From NCBI RefSeq assembly GCF_009914755.1, contig NC_060943.1: a stretch of 64,000 nucleotides of DNA; one strand, 5' to 3'. Positions 38,321 through 55,888 of the stretch are shown here, piece by piece. The translations under genes were made by a program, and so were the position numbers. Origin of the DNA: the human T2T-CHM13v2.0 reference genome, Homo sapiens. A model generated the notes under the pieces. It worked only from the letters and a program-made list of their open reading frames with translations. It was not told the origin of the DNA and did not search any database. How positions within the stretch are numbered: the stretch's first letter is position 1; the number at the start of each line of letters is the position of its first letter.

Positions 38321-40179
38321 GTTGTAGGCCCTTGGAATGACTTTTGTTTTTTGCTCTTGAAATGGGGGAGCTGTTGGAGGACTTTACACAGAGAGACAGG
38401 ATCTGACCTGGGATTTAACAAGATCTCTCTGGCAGCTGTATGGGGCCTGGACAAAGGCAGGAAGACTTCCAGTGAGAAGCCGGCCCATGGTGGCTTGGAC
38501 CAGTCACAGTGGTCCGGGGGCCCAGATGAGGTCTGAGCAGAGTGGGGTGGGCATAAGGATTTGACCGTGTGCCAGGCTTGCCCATGCGTGCAAAAGGCTG
38601 TGTTTGCCATACACAGAGTCATTCATATTAAGTATCTTCCTAAAGGATATCCTCTACCGGCCCTGTGAGGCTGGGTTTTATAGCCCCGCTTATCAGAAGG
38701 GAACGCTGGGCTCTTCTGGACAAGAACAGTAGGCCCAGGATATATTTGGAGATAGACTGGACCAGATGTAGGTGGGTGAGGGCAATGGGAAGAATCAAGG
38801 ATGACTTTTGCGTCTCCTCCAGAGGGAGCAGCAGGGAGATGGAGGAGCTGATGTAGGCTGACTGCCTCTTGGTGATCCCAGGTGATCTTATTTGTATATA
38901 TGTATATATAAACCATGGAGTAGATGACGTGGTACAGACTGGATGCAGTATTAGGTGTGGAGATTATGTATGCAGCGATTAGGTGTGGAGGCTCTGGAGC
39001 CTGACCACCAGGGTCAAATGTAGCCATGTGATTTTGGACCACTTCTCTAATCTCCCCATGCCTCCGTTTCCCCACCTCAAACTTGGAGATGGCAATCCTA
39101 AGTTTGCCAGCCTTCTCTAACACTCACTACGTGCTAGGAGCCATTCTACACACTTAGTGACACCATCTCATACAATCATTAAACGATGCCATGGAAGAGT
39201 GGGGATGAGGATGCTTTCATGGTTGTATGGCGTCTCATCCTCCCGCTAATTCTGTGATACAGACACTGCTGTCATCCTCATTTGATGAATGAGGAAACTG
39301 AGGATCAGGAAGGTGAAGTCACTTGGCCAAGGTCGCATGGGGAGGAGGGCTTGTGATTGATACTCAGATCTGAGACAGGTGTGCTCAAGACGGAAGCACC
39401 AGGACTCAGACCCAGATGATCTGAACCAGGGTCAGAGCTCCTGACGATATGCAACTCCTCTGGGGGAGACTTTACAACACCCACCCATGCCGCCTTATGG
39501 CCCGCTTGCTATAACCCAGGCCACTTGGCCTGTTCGGAACATTTCACTCCACTTATACTCCCCTGGTGGAGTATAAGCCCACCCGGCCACCATGGCTTAC
39601 TTGGTATATCCCACGCTCACCCTGCCCATGAGTCATTTGATTTGGCACATAGAAATTCTTTGGATGACTCCTCCAACATCCTGGCCTCTCATTTGTGCAC
39701 CCCAGTCTGACCACATGCTCCTGATCATCCTGCCATCTTGAGACCACACTCCTGCTCTGTGGCCAAGGAGAGACCACTGGGTCCTCATTTGGAACCCACT
39801 TCTGGGCATCAGTGCTTCCTCTCTCCAAGTGTATATCCAGTGATCATTGTTTTAGGCACTTTCTTGCCAATATCCTCAGTTCCCTCCCTTTTTGTATGGC
39901 TTTAATCACAGAGGACGCTTTCCCCTGTCCCTGCAATGGCTTTAAGCCCGTAGGAAGTTTAGCTCTCCTATATAAAGTAAGTCTTGTGGTAGGCACTTAA
40001 GGCTAATATGGCACCTCCATTTCTTGGGGATCCAAGCTCCTTCAAGACTTAATATCCCAGGGAGTAGCCCTTGTCCTCATGGTCCCGTGTGGCTGCTAGA
40101 GCTCCAACCATCAAAACAAATTTTCAGGCAGCAGGATGGATGAGGGGAACAATAAGATGGCACCACCTTCTCTGTCTTT

Positions 40180-40460
40180 GTTTTTTAGAGACAGGGTCTT
40201 GCTCTATTGCCCAGGCTGGGTGGAGGGCAGTGGTGCAATCATAGCTCACTACAGCCTTGAACTCCTGGGCTCAACCATCCTCCCACTTCAGCTTCCTGAG
40301 TAGCTAAGACTACAAGCACACCATCACACCTGGCTAATTTATAAAAATTTGTTTAGAGATGGTGTCTGGATATGTTGCCCAGGCTTGTCTCGAACTCCTG
40401 GCCTCAAGTGATCCTGTCACCTCAGCCTCCCGAGTAGCTGTGATTCCAGGTGCGGTACCA
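40180..40460 (-). mobile_element. AluJ, SPACA6 intron 2
   Basis: Antisense dimer. Confidence 0.88.
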
Positions 40461-40637
40461 CCTCCCTTTTAAGGCCACCTCCTGTGACTCACATAACACA
40501 TCCATTTGCATCCTATGGCTACAACTTGGTCACATGACCACAACTGCAAGGAAGGCTGGGAGATGAAGCTTTTTATCTGTGTTCTGTGGATATAGGTTAT
40601 AGATATATAGGTATTTGGAGGCAGTGAACAATTCCTG

Positions 40638-41015
40638 TGTGTTGGTTTGCTAGGACCACTGTAACAAAGTACCGTAGACTGGGTGACTCGAACAACAGAA
40701 GTTTCTGCCTTCTAGAAGTCTGAGACCAAGGTTTTGGTGTCAGCAGGGTTAGTTTCTTCTCACGCCTCTCTCTTTGGCTTGTAGATGCCTTCCTTCATAT
40801 GTCCCTGTGTGCATCTCTGTGTCCTAATTTCCTCTTCTCATAAGGACACCAATCATACTGCATTACAGCCCACCCTAATGACCTCATTTTAACTTAATCA
40901 CCTCTTTAAGAACCAAGTACAGTCACATTCTGAGGTACTGGGAGTTAGGACTTCAACATACAAGTTTGGTTGCGGGGGATGGGGGGTGGGCGGCACGATT
41001 TAGCCGATAAAACCC
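40638..41015 (-). mobile_element. MLT1B-like LTR
   Basis: CTCATAAGGACACCAATCATA..GTCACATTCTGAGGTACTGGGAGTTAGGACTTCAACATA. Confidence 0.75.
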
Positions 41016-41058
41016 TGCCACATTACTGATTTCCACAAATCACCACGAGATCAAGTCA

Positions 41059-41430
<372 letters not shown>

Positions 41431-42092
41431 ACCTACAAAGACAAGGAACATAAAAGAGTAAAAGATGGGTAAATATAGAAGTGAATAGAGGCTGGGGACT
41501 ATGGAGAAGTGGCCGGTGTGTGCCCCATTTCAAGGGAGTGACTGCTACCCATCTCCAGCTAATTGCTGCCTTATGGAAATGCGATCTCTGTGTTACAGCT
41601 CTTCCAACTTTGTAAAAAAGAGATGCCAAACGTTTTATTTGACATTCCAAATTTTATATGTTGGCAACTGGTTCATTTTCTTTTAAACACTTTCCAGGCC
41701 AAATATAACACATCCCAGGGATGGATTTGGGTCATAGGCCACCAGCTGGGGTCTCCAGTTCAAGTTGGATCCTGGAATTCATTGTACAAATACTTACTGA
41801 GCACTTCTAAGACTGAGGGCCCTCTCCAGGATCCAGAGGACACAGTGCTACAGAAGAACATGTTTATTTACTTACGAGACAGACATAAGTGATCATCATC
41901 TATATATAAATATATGTAATTGCAGACAGATGAGAGCTAGGAATGAAATGATTGCGATGAGAGACAAAAACAGGGAACTTGGTTAGATTTGTGGTGATGG
42001 AAGGATGATTAGGAGAAGGAAAAATGTGCTAAAAACAAGCCAGCATGTGCAAAGGCCCTGAGGTGCTAGGGAATGTGGTGGTTTTCATATTA

Positions 42093-42566
<474 letters not shown>

Positions 42567-42820
42567 TCAGGAGGCAGAAGAAAGGAGACTTAGGGACTTG
42601 TTAGCCTTCAACTACAGAGGGCGGGTGATGAGAAGAGGAGCAGAGAATATGGTAATGAGAGGGGTGAAGAGGGGCCAGGGAAGGGCAGATACCATGACAG
42701 TACGTCCTGTGAGCTAGGGCCAGCCTAGCCCTAGCCAGGCTAGATCAGAATGCAGGACCAAGGACCAAGCCCTGGGGGAAGGGCTTTACTACACAGGCCG
42801 TCCTCCCCTCCACTCTCCAG

Positions 42821-42889
42821 GATCCTTTGAGGTTGCCTTCCCTGATGCTGCGGAGAAAATGAAGAAGGTCATTACACAGCTTAAAGAAG
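42821..42889 (+). CDS. SPACA6: SPACA6 coding exon 3
   Basis: ctctccag|GA; (G)SFEVAFPDAAEKMKKVITQLKE; G|gtaaaa. Confidence 0.95.
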
Positions 42890-42953
42890 GTAAAATACAC
42901 TCCATCTCTCCTTCCCCAGACACACACACACACAATTAGAAAACCCCACTTTT

Positions 42954-43232
42954 GGCCGGGGATGGTGGCTCACGCCTGTAATCCCAGCACTTTGGAAGGC
43001 TGAGGCGGGCAGATCACTTGAGATCAGGAGTTCAAAAGCAGTCTGACCAACATGGTGATACCCATATCTACTAAAGATACTAAAATTAGCTGGGCGTGGT
43101 AACGCATGCTTGTAATCTCATCTACTCAGGAGGCTGAGGCAGGAAAATTGCTTGAACCCTGGAGGCGGGGTTGCAGTGACCCGAGATCGGCACTCCAGCC
43201 TGGGTGACAGAGCAAGACTCCATCTCAAAACG
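42954..43232 (+). mobile_element. AluS, SPACA6 intron 3
   Basis: Dimer; TSD-like AAACCC(C)ACT. Confidence 0.92.
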
Positions 43233-43791
43233 AAACCCACTCCTGAGACCCCCCATCCACTCCCCGTACAATCCCCTGGCCCCATCTCTGAGCCTCAGAC
43301 CTTGAGGGACGACTATTTCCCCGCGTGGACCATTTTTGATCTGGCCCCGCCCCTTCGATGAAAGGTTTCGTCTCCAACTGAGCCCCTTTCCGGGACTACT
43401 ACTAACCTGGCCACGCCTCTTCTCTAACTGGGCCACCACCTTAGCCTTGGTCTCCTGCAAGGATCGCCCAGGATCTAGCCCCGCCTCCTCGGTGGAATAC
43501 ACCTGGATTGCCCATCCCCATCAGGGCCTACAGAAAACCAGTGTGTTTCCCTCTAAACCCCAAGTAGAAGGCTGGCAGCAGTCCTGGGCCTGACCTCCTA
43601 GTGGAATGCTCAGGCTTGGCCCCGGCCCCAGGTGGAACCCAGCCGGCTTGACCCCGCCCCCAGGTTATGACGAAAGCTTGGCCCCGCCCCCTCGGAGCAA
43701 TGCTTCGGGCCTTGTAACATTAGCTAGGGGAGCATCGGGCAAGGGTTCTTCCCATGACTGTAAGGTAGTGATGTTTCCTCTTCCTCCACAG

Positions 43792-43815
43792 CCCAGGCTT
43801 GCATCCCTCCCTGCG
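43792..43815 (+). CDS. SPACA6: SPACA6 coding exon 4 (24-nt microexon)
   Basis: cctccacag|CC; (A)QACIPPC; G|gtaagg. Confidence 0.93.
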
Positions 43816-44183
43816 GTAAGGACTTCATCTAAAACTTGGAAATTGCGGGGTAAGGGAGGCGGTCGGGGACGAAACGTACGACATCAAGTGTGGGAAAGCG
43901 GGTGGGCTTCACATCCTTAGGAAGCCAATAAGATCCCTGGAGAAAAGGAAGAAAACCAAGTATTGCTCTAAATCCTCAGAAGGTGTGTGTGAGAGCCGAA
44001 GCAAACCAATAGGAATCCTAGAGGGCGGAGAGGAGTGAGAGTCGGCCAAAGACAGCAGGGAGGGCGGGGTCAAGATGCCACCTGGCCGATGGACCCCGGG
44101 AAGCTGCATGGATCTCAAATGGGCCAAGGGCCCCGGGCTTGGAAGGGCAGGTGGCGCCTAGACCCAGCGTTCCCGCTCCACAG

Positions 44184-44261
44184 GTCTCCAGGAGTTCGCC
44201 CGGCGTTTCCTCTGCAGCGGGTGCTACTCTAGGGTCTGCGACCTCCCGCTGGACTGCCCAG
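44184..44261 (+). CDS. SPACA6: SPACA6 coding exon 5 (Cys-rich hinge)
   Basis: ccacag|GT; (G)LQEFARRFLCSGCYSRVCDLPLDCP; G|gtgagg. Confidence 0.95.
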
Positions 44262-44390
44262 GTGAGGGGGCGGGGCCTCGGGGTGCAGGAGGCCAACCTG
44301 AGAAAAGGGACCAGAGCACCGAGGGGCATAAGCTGGTGGCGAGGCCAGACGTGGTCGGGGCCCAGCGAGTGAACCCTGCTCCGTCTTCAG

Positions 44391-44500
44391 TTCAGGATGT
44401 GACAGTGACTCGGGGCGACCAGGCTATGTTTTCTTGCATCGTAAACTTCCAGCTGCCAAAGGAGGAGATCACCTATTCCTGGAAGTTCGCAGGAGGAGGT
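44391..44500 (+). CDS. SPACA6: SPACA6 coding exon 6 (Ig-like domain, first half)
   Basis: cttcag|TT; (V)QDVTVTRGDQAMFSCIVNFQLPKEEITYSWKFAGGG; |gtgagt. Confidence 0.96.
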
Positions 44501-44681
44501 GTGAGTCGGGGCGGGGCCGGCGCGAAGAGTTTAGACGGGCGAGTTAGCCTTCACTAGAGGTTGGGGAGTCAGCTTGCGGGGACGGGACTCCGGGAATCTC
44601 CGTCTAGACACAAGCATCAGCAAGAGGAGGGTCGCGGGATTTAGGGGAGAGCTCGAAGATCAGAATGCAGGACCAAGGACC

Positions 44682-44988
44682 TGGGGCGATGGCTCACGCC
44701 TGTAATCCCAGCGCTTTTGGAGACCAAGGCGGGAGGATGGCTTGAGCCCAGGAGTTTGAGACCGGCCTCGGCAACAAATTAAGACCCCTCCTCTGCCAAA
44801 AAATTTTAAAAACAGCCGGGGCGTGGTGGTGCACGCCTATAGTCCCAGCCACTGGGGAGGCTGAGCGGGAAGACTGCTTAAGTCCAGGAGTTTGAGGCTG
44901 CAGTGAGCTATGATCGCGCCACTGCACTGCAGCCTGGGCGCCAGAACGAGACCCTGTCTGGAAGAAAAAAAAAATACATAAATAAAAG
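44682..44988 (+). mobile_element. AluJ, SPACA6 intron 6
   Basis: Dimer with unusually many retained CpGs. Confidence 0.92.
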
Positions 44989-45192
44989 CAGTTTCTAGGG
45001 GTAGGTTATGCGTAAGGGTTTAAGGAGTGAGGGGAAGGGGTGCGTTTAGGGCAGGGGAGCGAGAAGGCTCGGGGGCGGGCTCAAGGCTCAGGGCCAGGAC
45101 TCCAGGGGGCGTGGTCTGGCTCGGGGGGCGGGGCTTGTAGGTTACTCAGTGGCAAGCCGGAGTTGAGGCGTTTAAACCCGCGTGTCCCGCAG

Positions 45193-45349
45193 CTCCGGAC
45201 TCAGGACTTGTCCTATTTCCGAGATATGCCGCGGGCCGAAGGATACCTGGCGCGGATCCGGCCGGCTCAGCTCACGCACCGCGGGACGTTCTCCTGCGTG
45301 ATCAAGCAAGACCAGCGCCCCCTGGCCCGGCTCTACTTCTTTCTTAACG
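45193..45349 (+). CDS. SPACA6: SPACA6 coding exon 7 (Ig-like domain, second half)
   Basis: cccgcag|CTC; LRTQDLSYF...GTFSCVIKQDQRPLARLYFFLN; G|gtgggg. Confidence 0.96.
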
Positions 45350-45432
45350 GTGGGGCGGGGCGCGGCCGCGTGAGTGAGCGGGGTCGGGAGAGGGGTGGGG
45401 CTCGTGCCTGGCTGACGTGCGCGCCCCCGCAG

Positions 45433-45643
45433 TGACGGGCCCGCCCCCGCGGGCGGAGACAGAGTTGCAGGCCTCGTTCCGGGAAGTGCTGCGCTGGGCG
45501 CCGCGGGATGCCGAGCTGATCGAGCCCTGGAGGCCCAGCCTGGGCGAGCTGCTGGCCAGGCCCGAGGCTCTGACGCCCAGCAATCTGTTCCTGCTTGCAG
45601 TCCTCGGGGCCCTCGCATCAGCGAGTGCGACAGTGTTGGCGTG
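45433..45643 (+). CDS. SPACA6: SPACA6 coding exon 8 (stalk and transmembrane helix)
   Basis: cccgcag|TG; (V)TGPPPRAETEL...LFLLAVLGALASASATVLAW; TG|gtgagt. Confidence 0.96.
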
Positions 45644-45719
45644 GTGAGTTCTGGGGACTCCGGAGCCCCAGCATCTAGCTCCCCGCTGTCTCAGATCCCA
45701 CCGAGAAGTCTGGGTTCCC

Positions 45720-46160
45720 AGCAACCTCCAACCCAGGAGGTCAGGCTTTCAGTTCCTCCTCTCTCAGACCCACGAGTCCAGGTCCCAGCCCCTCTTTACT
45801 AGCCCAGGAATCCAAGTCCCCAGCCCCCTCCTCCCTTAGATCTAAGAGTCCAGGCCCCCAGCCCCTCCTCCCTCAGACCCAGGAGTCCAGGTCCGCAGCC
45901 CCTCCTCCCTCAGACCCAGGATTCCAGGCCCCAAACCCCTACTCCTTCAGACCCAGGAGTCCAAGTCCCCAGTCCCCTCCTCCCGCAGATCCAAGAGTCC
46001 AAGCCCCCGGACCCCCTCCTCCCTCAGACCCAGGAGTCCAGGCCCCCAGCCCCTCCTCCCTCAGATCCAAGAGTCCAGACCCCCAAGTTTCTCTTCCTTC
46101 AGACCCAAAAGCCCAGGCCCCCTGCCCCCTCCTCCCTCAGAACCAGGAGTCCGGGCCCTG
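45720..46160 (+). repeat. MSR1 ~37-bp minisatellite in SPACA6 intron 8
   Basis: Tandem CCCCTCCTCCCTCAGACCCAGGAGTCCAGGCCCCCAG. Confidence 0.9.
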
Positions 46161-46253
46161 TACACCTTTTTGACCCTGGTGTCCAGGCCTCCGGGACCTA
46201 AGTTTCTAGTCACCAACCCCTCCTGTAACACACATACCTCTTTGTTTCCCCAG

Positions 46254-46287
46254 GATGTTCTTTCGATGGTACTGCAGTGGCAACTAA
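46254..46287 (+). CDS. SPACA6: SPACA6 coding exon 9 (short cytoplasmic tail, stop)
   Basis: tttccccag|G ATG TTC TTT CGA TGG TAC TGC AGT GGC AAC TAA = MFFRWYCSGN*. Confidence 0.95.
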
Positions 46288-46330
46288 CAAAGGTATCTTT
46301 CCTCCTTCCCTATCCTATTTCCATCCTGAA

Positions 46331-46336
46331 AATAAA
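46331..46336 (+). terminator. SPACA6: SPACA6 polyadenylation signal
   Basis: AATAAA 43 nt after the stop, followed by a T/GT-rich tract. Confidence 0.8.
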
Positions 46337-46735
46337 GAATATATTTCAACTCTAGATTGTTTCATCTCCGAAGGTGGTCACTACTAACTCAGGTAGGAGG
46401 AGGTGCAGCAAGCCCACACATGCCCAGATGAATATGGCCCGCATAATGACAGTGATAGGCATAGCTATCCCAGTGCAAGTTAGGTGGGAACCCAGATACC
46501 CCCTCAGGTTACTGGCTGTCTCCTTGACATTTCCATCTGCAGAAGGCACCCTCAAATAGAGTCCTCCATGTTGCCCTCAGAGGCTGTTCCTCCCCAAGGC
46601 TTTCCTCCTACCAGAAAGAGCAACACCATCCACCTAGCAGTTCAAACCAGAAACCTTGGAATCTAACTTCTCCTCCACTTCCAATTCATTTTCATTTCCA
46701 ACCCTCAGACTTTTTAACTCCTAAATATCTCATGA

Positions 46736-48685
<1,950 letters not shown>

Positions 48686-48691
48686 AGAAAA

Positions 48692-49507
48692 CTGTTTCTC
48701 TACTCTCAACATTTCTGACACTACATGTATGGGATTCTACCTCCTGCCCCCATACCAACCAGTTCTCCAACTCTCCCGGACACCAGTTGAGTGTCCTATA
48801 ATTCATTTAATTCTAAAATCAACAACCCAGGGTTAGCGTCGCACTACACAGGTTTTAAGAGCTCAGGCCCACAAGACTGCCCCCACTTCAGACACCAGTC
48901 GCAAGCCAGGGGCTCCTGCAACCTGCAGCCCCCCAGCTCAGTAATTTGCTAGAATAGCTTGAATAACTCAGGGAAACATATTTACTGGTTTATTATAAAG
49001 GAGAGTATGAAGGAAATAGCTTAATAGCCAGATGAAGAGGTAGATAGGGTGAGGTCCAGAAGGGTCCCAAGTGCAGAAGTTTCTGTCTCCATGGGAGCTG
49101 GGATGCAGCGGCCTGTCAGTGCGTGGATGCACTCACCAGCCTGGAAGCTCTGCAAACCCCATAGTTTAGGGATTGTTCTGGAGGCTGCACCATGTAGGCA
49201 TGATTGCTTATGAACTTAGTCTCCACCCCTTTTTCCCTCCCCAAGGACTGGAGGGGGCAGCGGGTGAGGCCGAAAGCTCCAAGCTCCTAATCATAGCCTA
49301 GTCTTGCTGGTGACCAGCGCTCTTCCAGGAGACCACCAAGAGTCACTTGAATAGAACAAACGATGCTGTTATCACCCAGGAAATTCAAGAGATTAGGAGC
49401 TCTATGTAAGACGCTTCTGTTGCCCACATCACTCCAGAAAGTACAAGGGTATAAGACTGTCAGAAACCAGGGACAAACACCAAATATGTATTTCTTACTA
49501 TGTCACA
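48692..49507. mobile_element. MER21 LTR
   Basis: CCCACAAGACTGCCCCCACTTCAGACACCAGTCGCAAG..AATTTGCTAGAA. Confidence 0.8.
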
Positions 49508-49708
49508 GACAATAAGAAAACAGTAAAATACGAAATATGGTAATATGTGTGATGGAGAAGATAAGCAGAGAAATGGAATATGGGGCCGAGGGAAGTAGCA
49601 GTAGGATCTGTGGAGAAGCCCTCACTGAGAAAGTGACGTTTGAATAAAAACTTGAAGGGGATGACGGTATGAGCCATTATGGATATTTGTGTGAAGAGTG
49701 TTCCAGGT

Positions 49709-50854
<1,146 letters not shown>

Positions 50855-51962
50855 TCATGACTTGATTTCCATGGCTACTGTGTGGCTAACAGACTGGGGC
50901 AAAGTGGAAGCAGGCATCGCTGTGAGGTGCTGCAGTAATCCAGGGACGAGATGCAGCCCTGGGGAACAAGGTCGTGAGGAGCAGTGGCTCTAGATATGTC
51001 TTGAAGGTAGAATCAGTGGGATTTGCTGATGGTTCAGAATGTTGGATGAGAGAAGGAGAGAGGCCAAGAGTAACCACAGTGGCACTGTGCAGTCAAACCC
51101 TCTGCCATGTTGGAAATATTCTAGATCTGCACCGTCCAGTAGCGCAGCACCAGCCACGTGTGGCCGTGAAGCATGTGAAAGGTGACCTGTGCGACTGAGG
51201 AACTGAATCCATAATCTTAGGTAGCTCTTCAGGCAAGAAAGGGTGTCAAAAAAAATAAAAATAAGAAAAAAATCAACTCAGGTAGCTGTAATAACTTTAA
51301 CATTACATAGTTCCTGCTCTATGACAACAGCATCATAGAGGCCTATGTGAGTATTCTTACCTGTGGCTCACTCTTAACTCTTTGTTTACTTGACTAAGAG
51401 CTCCTTGAAGGCAAGCTTCTTAATTGTTTCTATACTTGCAGACTTGGCAGAGTGTGTGGCATTCAGTAGGTGCTTGGTGAATGTTTTGGTGACTGATGAA
51501 TCAAAGAATGCATGAATGGGAAAAAAATGTTTTAGACTTCCATGTGGTAGTGGCTAGTGATGGACAGTTACAGCTCTAGCATTTTTTGGCCTGAGCAGCT
51601 GGGAGGATGAAGTTCTGTTTACTGAGATAGACTGATGGAGGAGCAGGTTTCACGGGGATTAGCAGGGAGGAAGGCGAGAAGATATTAGGAGTCTGGTTTG
51701 AGATGCCTATTAGGCATCCAAGTAGAAATGTCTTGGAGGCAGTTGGATATACAAGCCTGGAATTTAAGGGCGAAGTCTGGTCTGAAGATCTGTTTGGGAG
51801 TCCCGTCTCCATACATGGAGCATGAATGAAGTATTCAGAGCCATAACACTGGAGGCACAAGGGAAATGGGTATAGATGGGTAAGAGACGAGGATGAGAGG
51901 ATCCAGGAAAGAAAACAAGGTGGAGGAAAGCAAGGTAGCTGTGGCTTCCTGAAAGCCAAGTA

Positions 51963-52294
<332 letters not shown>

Positions 52295-52454
52295 TCAACT
52301 GTGTCAGACACAGCCAAATCATGAAATAGGGCTGAGAATTGGCTATTGGTTTTAGCAACGTGGATATCATTGATGAACTTGACAAGAGCAGTTTCTATGG
52401 AGAGCTAGGGGAAAGCATGACCATCTGATTGGCTTGGGTTTAAGAGTTAATGGA

Positions 52455-53499
<1,045 letters not shown>

Positions 53500-54290
53500 T
53501 GAACTCTGTGCGAGATAAATTGGAGACAAATATGGACAACTCTCCCAAGGAAATTTGCTATTAACCGAAATAGAAATGGAACAGTTGTTTACAGGGAAAC
53601 TGAGGTCAAGAGTGGGGGTCTTAAAAGTGGGAGAGTAACAATATGTTCAGATGCTGATGGGAAAGGCTCCGAAGCGAAAGGAGAACTGACGGAGGATCAG
53701 GTGGGAAGAACTGCTGGTGAAGTCTTTGAGCAGACAAAGAGGACATAGGGTCTGGTGCCCTGATGGAAGAGGTTGGCATTGGCTTGGAGCACAGACAGGT
53801 CACCCTCAGCAACAGGAAGAAGGTGGAGTGTATGGACACAGGGGCAAGTGAGTGGGAAGACGTGGAGATGGGGACTCCAGCAGAAGTTTTCTTTTTTAAC
53901 CCCTATTTTCTCAGTGAGATAGGAAGCCAGCTAAGAGGGAGGGGAGGAGGTGCTGGAGGTTTGAGGAGAAAAGGGATGTGTTACCCTTCTAAGTAGACGG
54001 ACCAGAGACAAAAGCACCATCTGCAGTACCTGCCAGTGTGCGGCAGGTGGCAGGTGCTTGGTAAGTACCCGTGAATGAGTTGAGTAATTTAACCCTCACA
54101 CCAACCCTGCCCCAGGGGATTAATAATCCCTGTTTTCAAAAGAGGGAACCCCAGGTTCCAAGGAAGGAGAGTGTCTTGTCCAGGTTCAAACGGCTAGCAC
54201 CCAGCACTGAGCCCAGCGTCCCCAATTCTCAATCATCCATTCCCCTTAGTTCTCAAAAAGGTGGAGGCTGGGGGAAAATAAATAAAATTC

Positions 54291-54296
54291 TTTATT
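54291..54296 (-). terminator. HAS1: HAS1 polyadenylation signal
   Basis: AATAAA on - strand ~295 nt after the stop, followed by TTTTATTTATTTT. Confidence 0.85.
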
Positions 54297-54589
54297 ACAT
54301 CCTGATCACACAGTAGAAATGGAGATTAAATAAGAACGAGGAGAAAGCAGGACCCTTTCCCCTCCACTCCTCAAATCCCACATCCTGACCAATAAATACC
54401 CTCCCTGGAGACCCAGAAGTCCCAGTCCCAATATAGTCCAGACTGAAGAATCTTGGGCTGACCCCCTCGTTTGGCAGAGGAGGGAAACTGAGGCCCAGAG
54501 AACCACCCAGCAAGTTCGTGGCTCGGGGCCCAGCAGCTCTCCTCTGGCCTCCCCTGAAGACCCTTGAGGCGGCATCCGCGTGGCTGGAC

Positions 54590-55265
54590 TCACACCTGGA
54601 CGCGGTAGCCCCCGGTCCGCCGCCGGCAAAGCCTCCGCACGCCCACCCAGTACAGCGTCAACATGGCCACCCAGTAGCCCACGTAGGCGCCGGCCCCCGC
54701 GGCCAAGTGGTAGGCCTCGGCTGCGCGGGAAGGGCCGCTCCAGTCGGCCCTGGCCTCGTGTGCTACGCTGCGGACCAGGCCCCCAAGCAGCAGCAGCGCC
54801 CAGAGCGCCAGGGGCAGCAGAGGGACGTAGTTAGCGGCCAGCTTCCGCCGGCCCGAGGTGCCCCAGCCACTCTGGTTCATGGTGACTAGCGCCAGGAACT
54901 TGGCAGGCAGGAGGCCACACATGTAGAGGGGCGCGTAGAGCGACAGAAGCACCATGCGCAGGCAGCCCCGCAGCCAGGCCGCGAAGGCCGCCTTGGCCAG
55001 TGCCACGCCCTGCACGCACAGCAGCACCCACAGCAGCGCCCAAGGGCGGCCCGCGTAGAACAGACGCAGCACAGTGGCCGCCACGAAGAAGGGGAACAGG
55101 CCGGAGACCACCGCCTCGTAGGTCATCCACGCATGGTGCCGGTGCCACCAGAGCGCGTTGTACAGCCACTCACGGAAGTACGACTTGGACCAGCGTGTCT
55201 GCTGGCTCAGCCACCGCAGGAAGGACGAGGGCGTCTCTGAGTAGCAGCGGGACCTGGAGGTGTAC
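54590..55265 (-). CDS. HAS1: HAS1 exon 5 coding part (QxxRW motif, C-terminal TM helices, stop)
   Basis: gtgcag|G; [33 protein letters not shown]...GGYRVQV*; exons 2-5 plus a 9-nt exon-1 CDS give 578 aa. Confidence 0.97.
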
Positions 55266-55429
55266 CTGCACGGGGGCGAGGAATGAGGGCATCATCGCGT
55301 GCTCCCTGGGGCCTGGGCAGGATTCTGGAGGCAGAAATGACCACTGTGGACGGCCACTGGGGGCGAGTTTCTTAACCTCTCTAGGCCTCAGTGTTCTCAT
55401 GTGTAGAATAGGGTGGATAATGGTTCCTA

Positions 55430-55888
<459 letters not shown>

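Larger units (their letters stand above)
43270..45700. promoter_or_regulatory. Intragenic CpG-rich region over SPACA6 exons 4-8
   Basis: High CpG density, repeated CCCCGCCC, CCAAT at 43925 and 44006. Confidence 0.6.

Noticed and set aside
44592-44601. NF-kB consensus GGGAATCTCC in SPACA6 intron 6
   Set aside because: A single 10-mer in 64 kb is expected by chance; no supporting context
54552-54557. miR-125a seed match in the HAS1 3'UTR
   Set aside because: Only a 6-mer (TCAGGG); no 7/8-mer for miR-125a, let-7e or miR-99b seen in the UTR
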